Positions 22,159 through 22,884 of a stretch of DNA of 22,884 nucleotides are shown one piece after another. This stretch comes from a virus (lineage: Duplodnaviria; Heunggongvirae; Uroviricota; Caudoviricetes). Numbering within the stretch: position 1 is the stretch's first letter; each line of letters starts with the position of its first letter. The notes under the pieces are model-generated. The model searched no databases. It was not told the DNA's origin and saw only the letters and a list, made by a program, of their open reading frames with translations. Location of the stretch: positions 88,332-111,215 of IMG/VR virus record IMGVR_UViG_3300042946_000144. One strand, 5' to 3'. The translations under genes and the position numbers were made by a program.

Positions 22159-22884
22159 TTATGGATACACTCTAATTTCAATAAACACAGTACCACCACC
22201 AGTGTATGACGATGAATTGTTGAATGTTAAGAATGAATTGTATATAATTTTTGAACTACTTTGTCTATATCCATAAAAGTTGTATATGTAACCAAGATTT
22301 TGATAGTTTGAAGACTGCACCCAAGTTTTATTAAGAGTGAACACACTAGAAGATGCTGTAGCTTCAAAGTCTCCTCCTTGATTAAGCCAAATAACAGATG
22401 CTCCTAAAGTGTTTTCTAATTCTAAAACAATAGGATTTGCTGCACCTGTTGGTGTTATTAAAATAGCTGTGTAAACTTTATATGAAATTCCTACAGGAAT
22501 AGTAACCTCACCAAGAGCATTTGCAGGAACTCCATTTACAGACATTGCAAGATTTCCAGATTGATCAGGAAGTTTTATATCTCTATATGCAGTTGCATTA
22601 GTTGCAGCTAAAGTTGCATATCCAGATGAACTGGTTAAAAGTAAATTTCCTTTAAGAACAGAATCTGTATAAAGACTTGCTGATCCATTACCTGTATTAG
22701 ACTGCACTTGAAGGTTTGGAACACCATCAGCTGATAAGATTACATTTTTACCAAAACGGAAATTGTTTAAACTAACATCAAATCTAGCAAATTCATTGCT
22801 ATTCGCTTTGAATACAAGATCTTGAGCATCGTTTGTTCCAATGTAGTTTACATTTTCATTTGTTCCAGCATTACCTGTAAGTCC
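22159..22884 (-). CDS. Fibre-like virion protein, C-terminal part (truncated at window edge)
   Basis: The frame is open to base 22884 (GLTGNAGTNENVNYIGTNDAQDLVFKANSNEFARF...). The C-terminal YKVYTAIL...ENTLG...EIRVYP domain is shared with 13620-14021. Confidence 0.7.
   Translation of the reverse strand, partial: GLTGNAGTNENVNYIGTNDAQDLVFKANSNEFARFDVSLNNFRFGKNVILSADGVPNLQVQSNTGNGSASLYTDSVLKGNLLLTSSSGYATLAATNATAYRDIKLPDQSGNLAMSVNGVPANALGEVTIPVGISYKVYTAILITPTGAANPIVLELENTLGASVIWLNQGGDFEATASSSVFTLNKTWVQSSNYQNLGYIYNFYGYRQSSSKIIYNSFLTFNNSSSYTGGGTVFIEIRVYP

Noticed and set aside
1-22884. Stop-codon reassignment as in some Bacteroidota phages
   Set aside because: Genes are intact under the standard code, and TAG and TGA end genes at sensible positions (e.g. 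TAG at 3208-3210 and 10158-10160, TGA at 8357-8359).
17883-22884. Diversity-generating retroelement target in fibre genes
   Set aside because: No reverse transcriptase and no near-identical template/variable repeat pair was seen by eye; a self-alignment of the whole genome would be needed to exclude it.
1-22884. tRNA or other structured RNA genes
   Set aside because: Intergenic gaps are short and explained by promoters and terminators; no cloverleaf was recognised. tRNAscan and Infernal were not run.

Overview
This window is part of a large tailed dsDNA phage genome, most likely infecting a Bacteroidota host. The host call rests on TTTG-N19-21-TAnnTTTG-type promoters, A-rich start contexts with no Shine-Dalgarno sequence, and D-(S/T)-x sequons in an exported protein. 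Two convergent gene blocks meet at a bidirectional terminator near 8335. The + strand block (1-8301) covers nucleotide metabolism and recombination: ThyX (partial), a PD-(D/E)XK exonuclease, a MazG-like protein, monomeric class II ribonucleotide reductase, RecA, dUTPase, an HNH-like protein and PhoH. The - strand block (22884 down to 8357) carries tail-fibre/virion genes, a lysis region, an HPAT-like glycosyltransferase, a Dps/ferritin-like protein and an array of very basic small proteins punctuated by a repeated x-K/Q-x-G-G motif. The most striking element is a tandem-PAS / coiled-coil / two-TM protein with no signalling output domain. It sits between a holin-like gene, to which it is translationally coupled, and a GH19 endolysin, in a cassette whose leader has a canonical promoter followed by a terminator-like hairpin. 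This suggests sensor-controlled lysis timing. Five small ORFs or ORF extensions missing from the supplied track were found by hand. All family assignments are from motif recognition only; no database searches were run.
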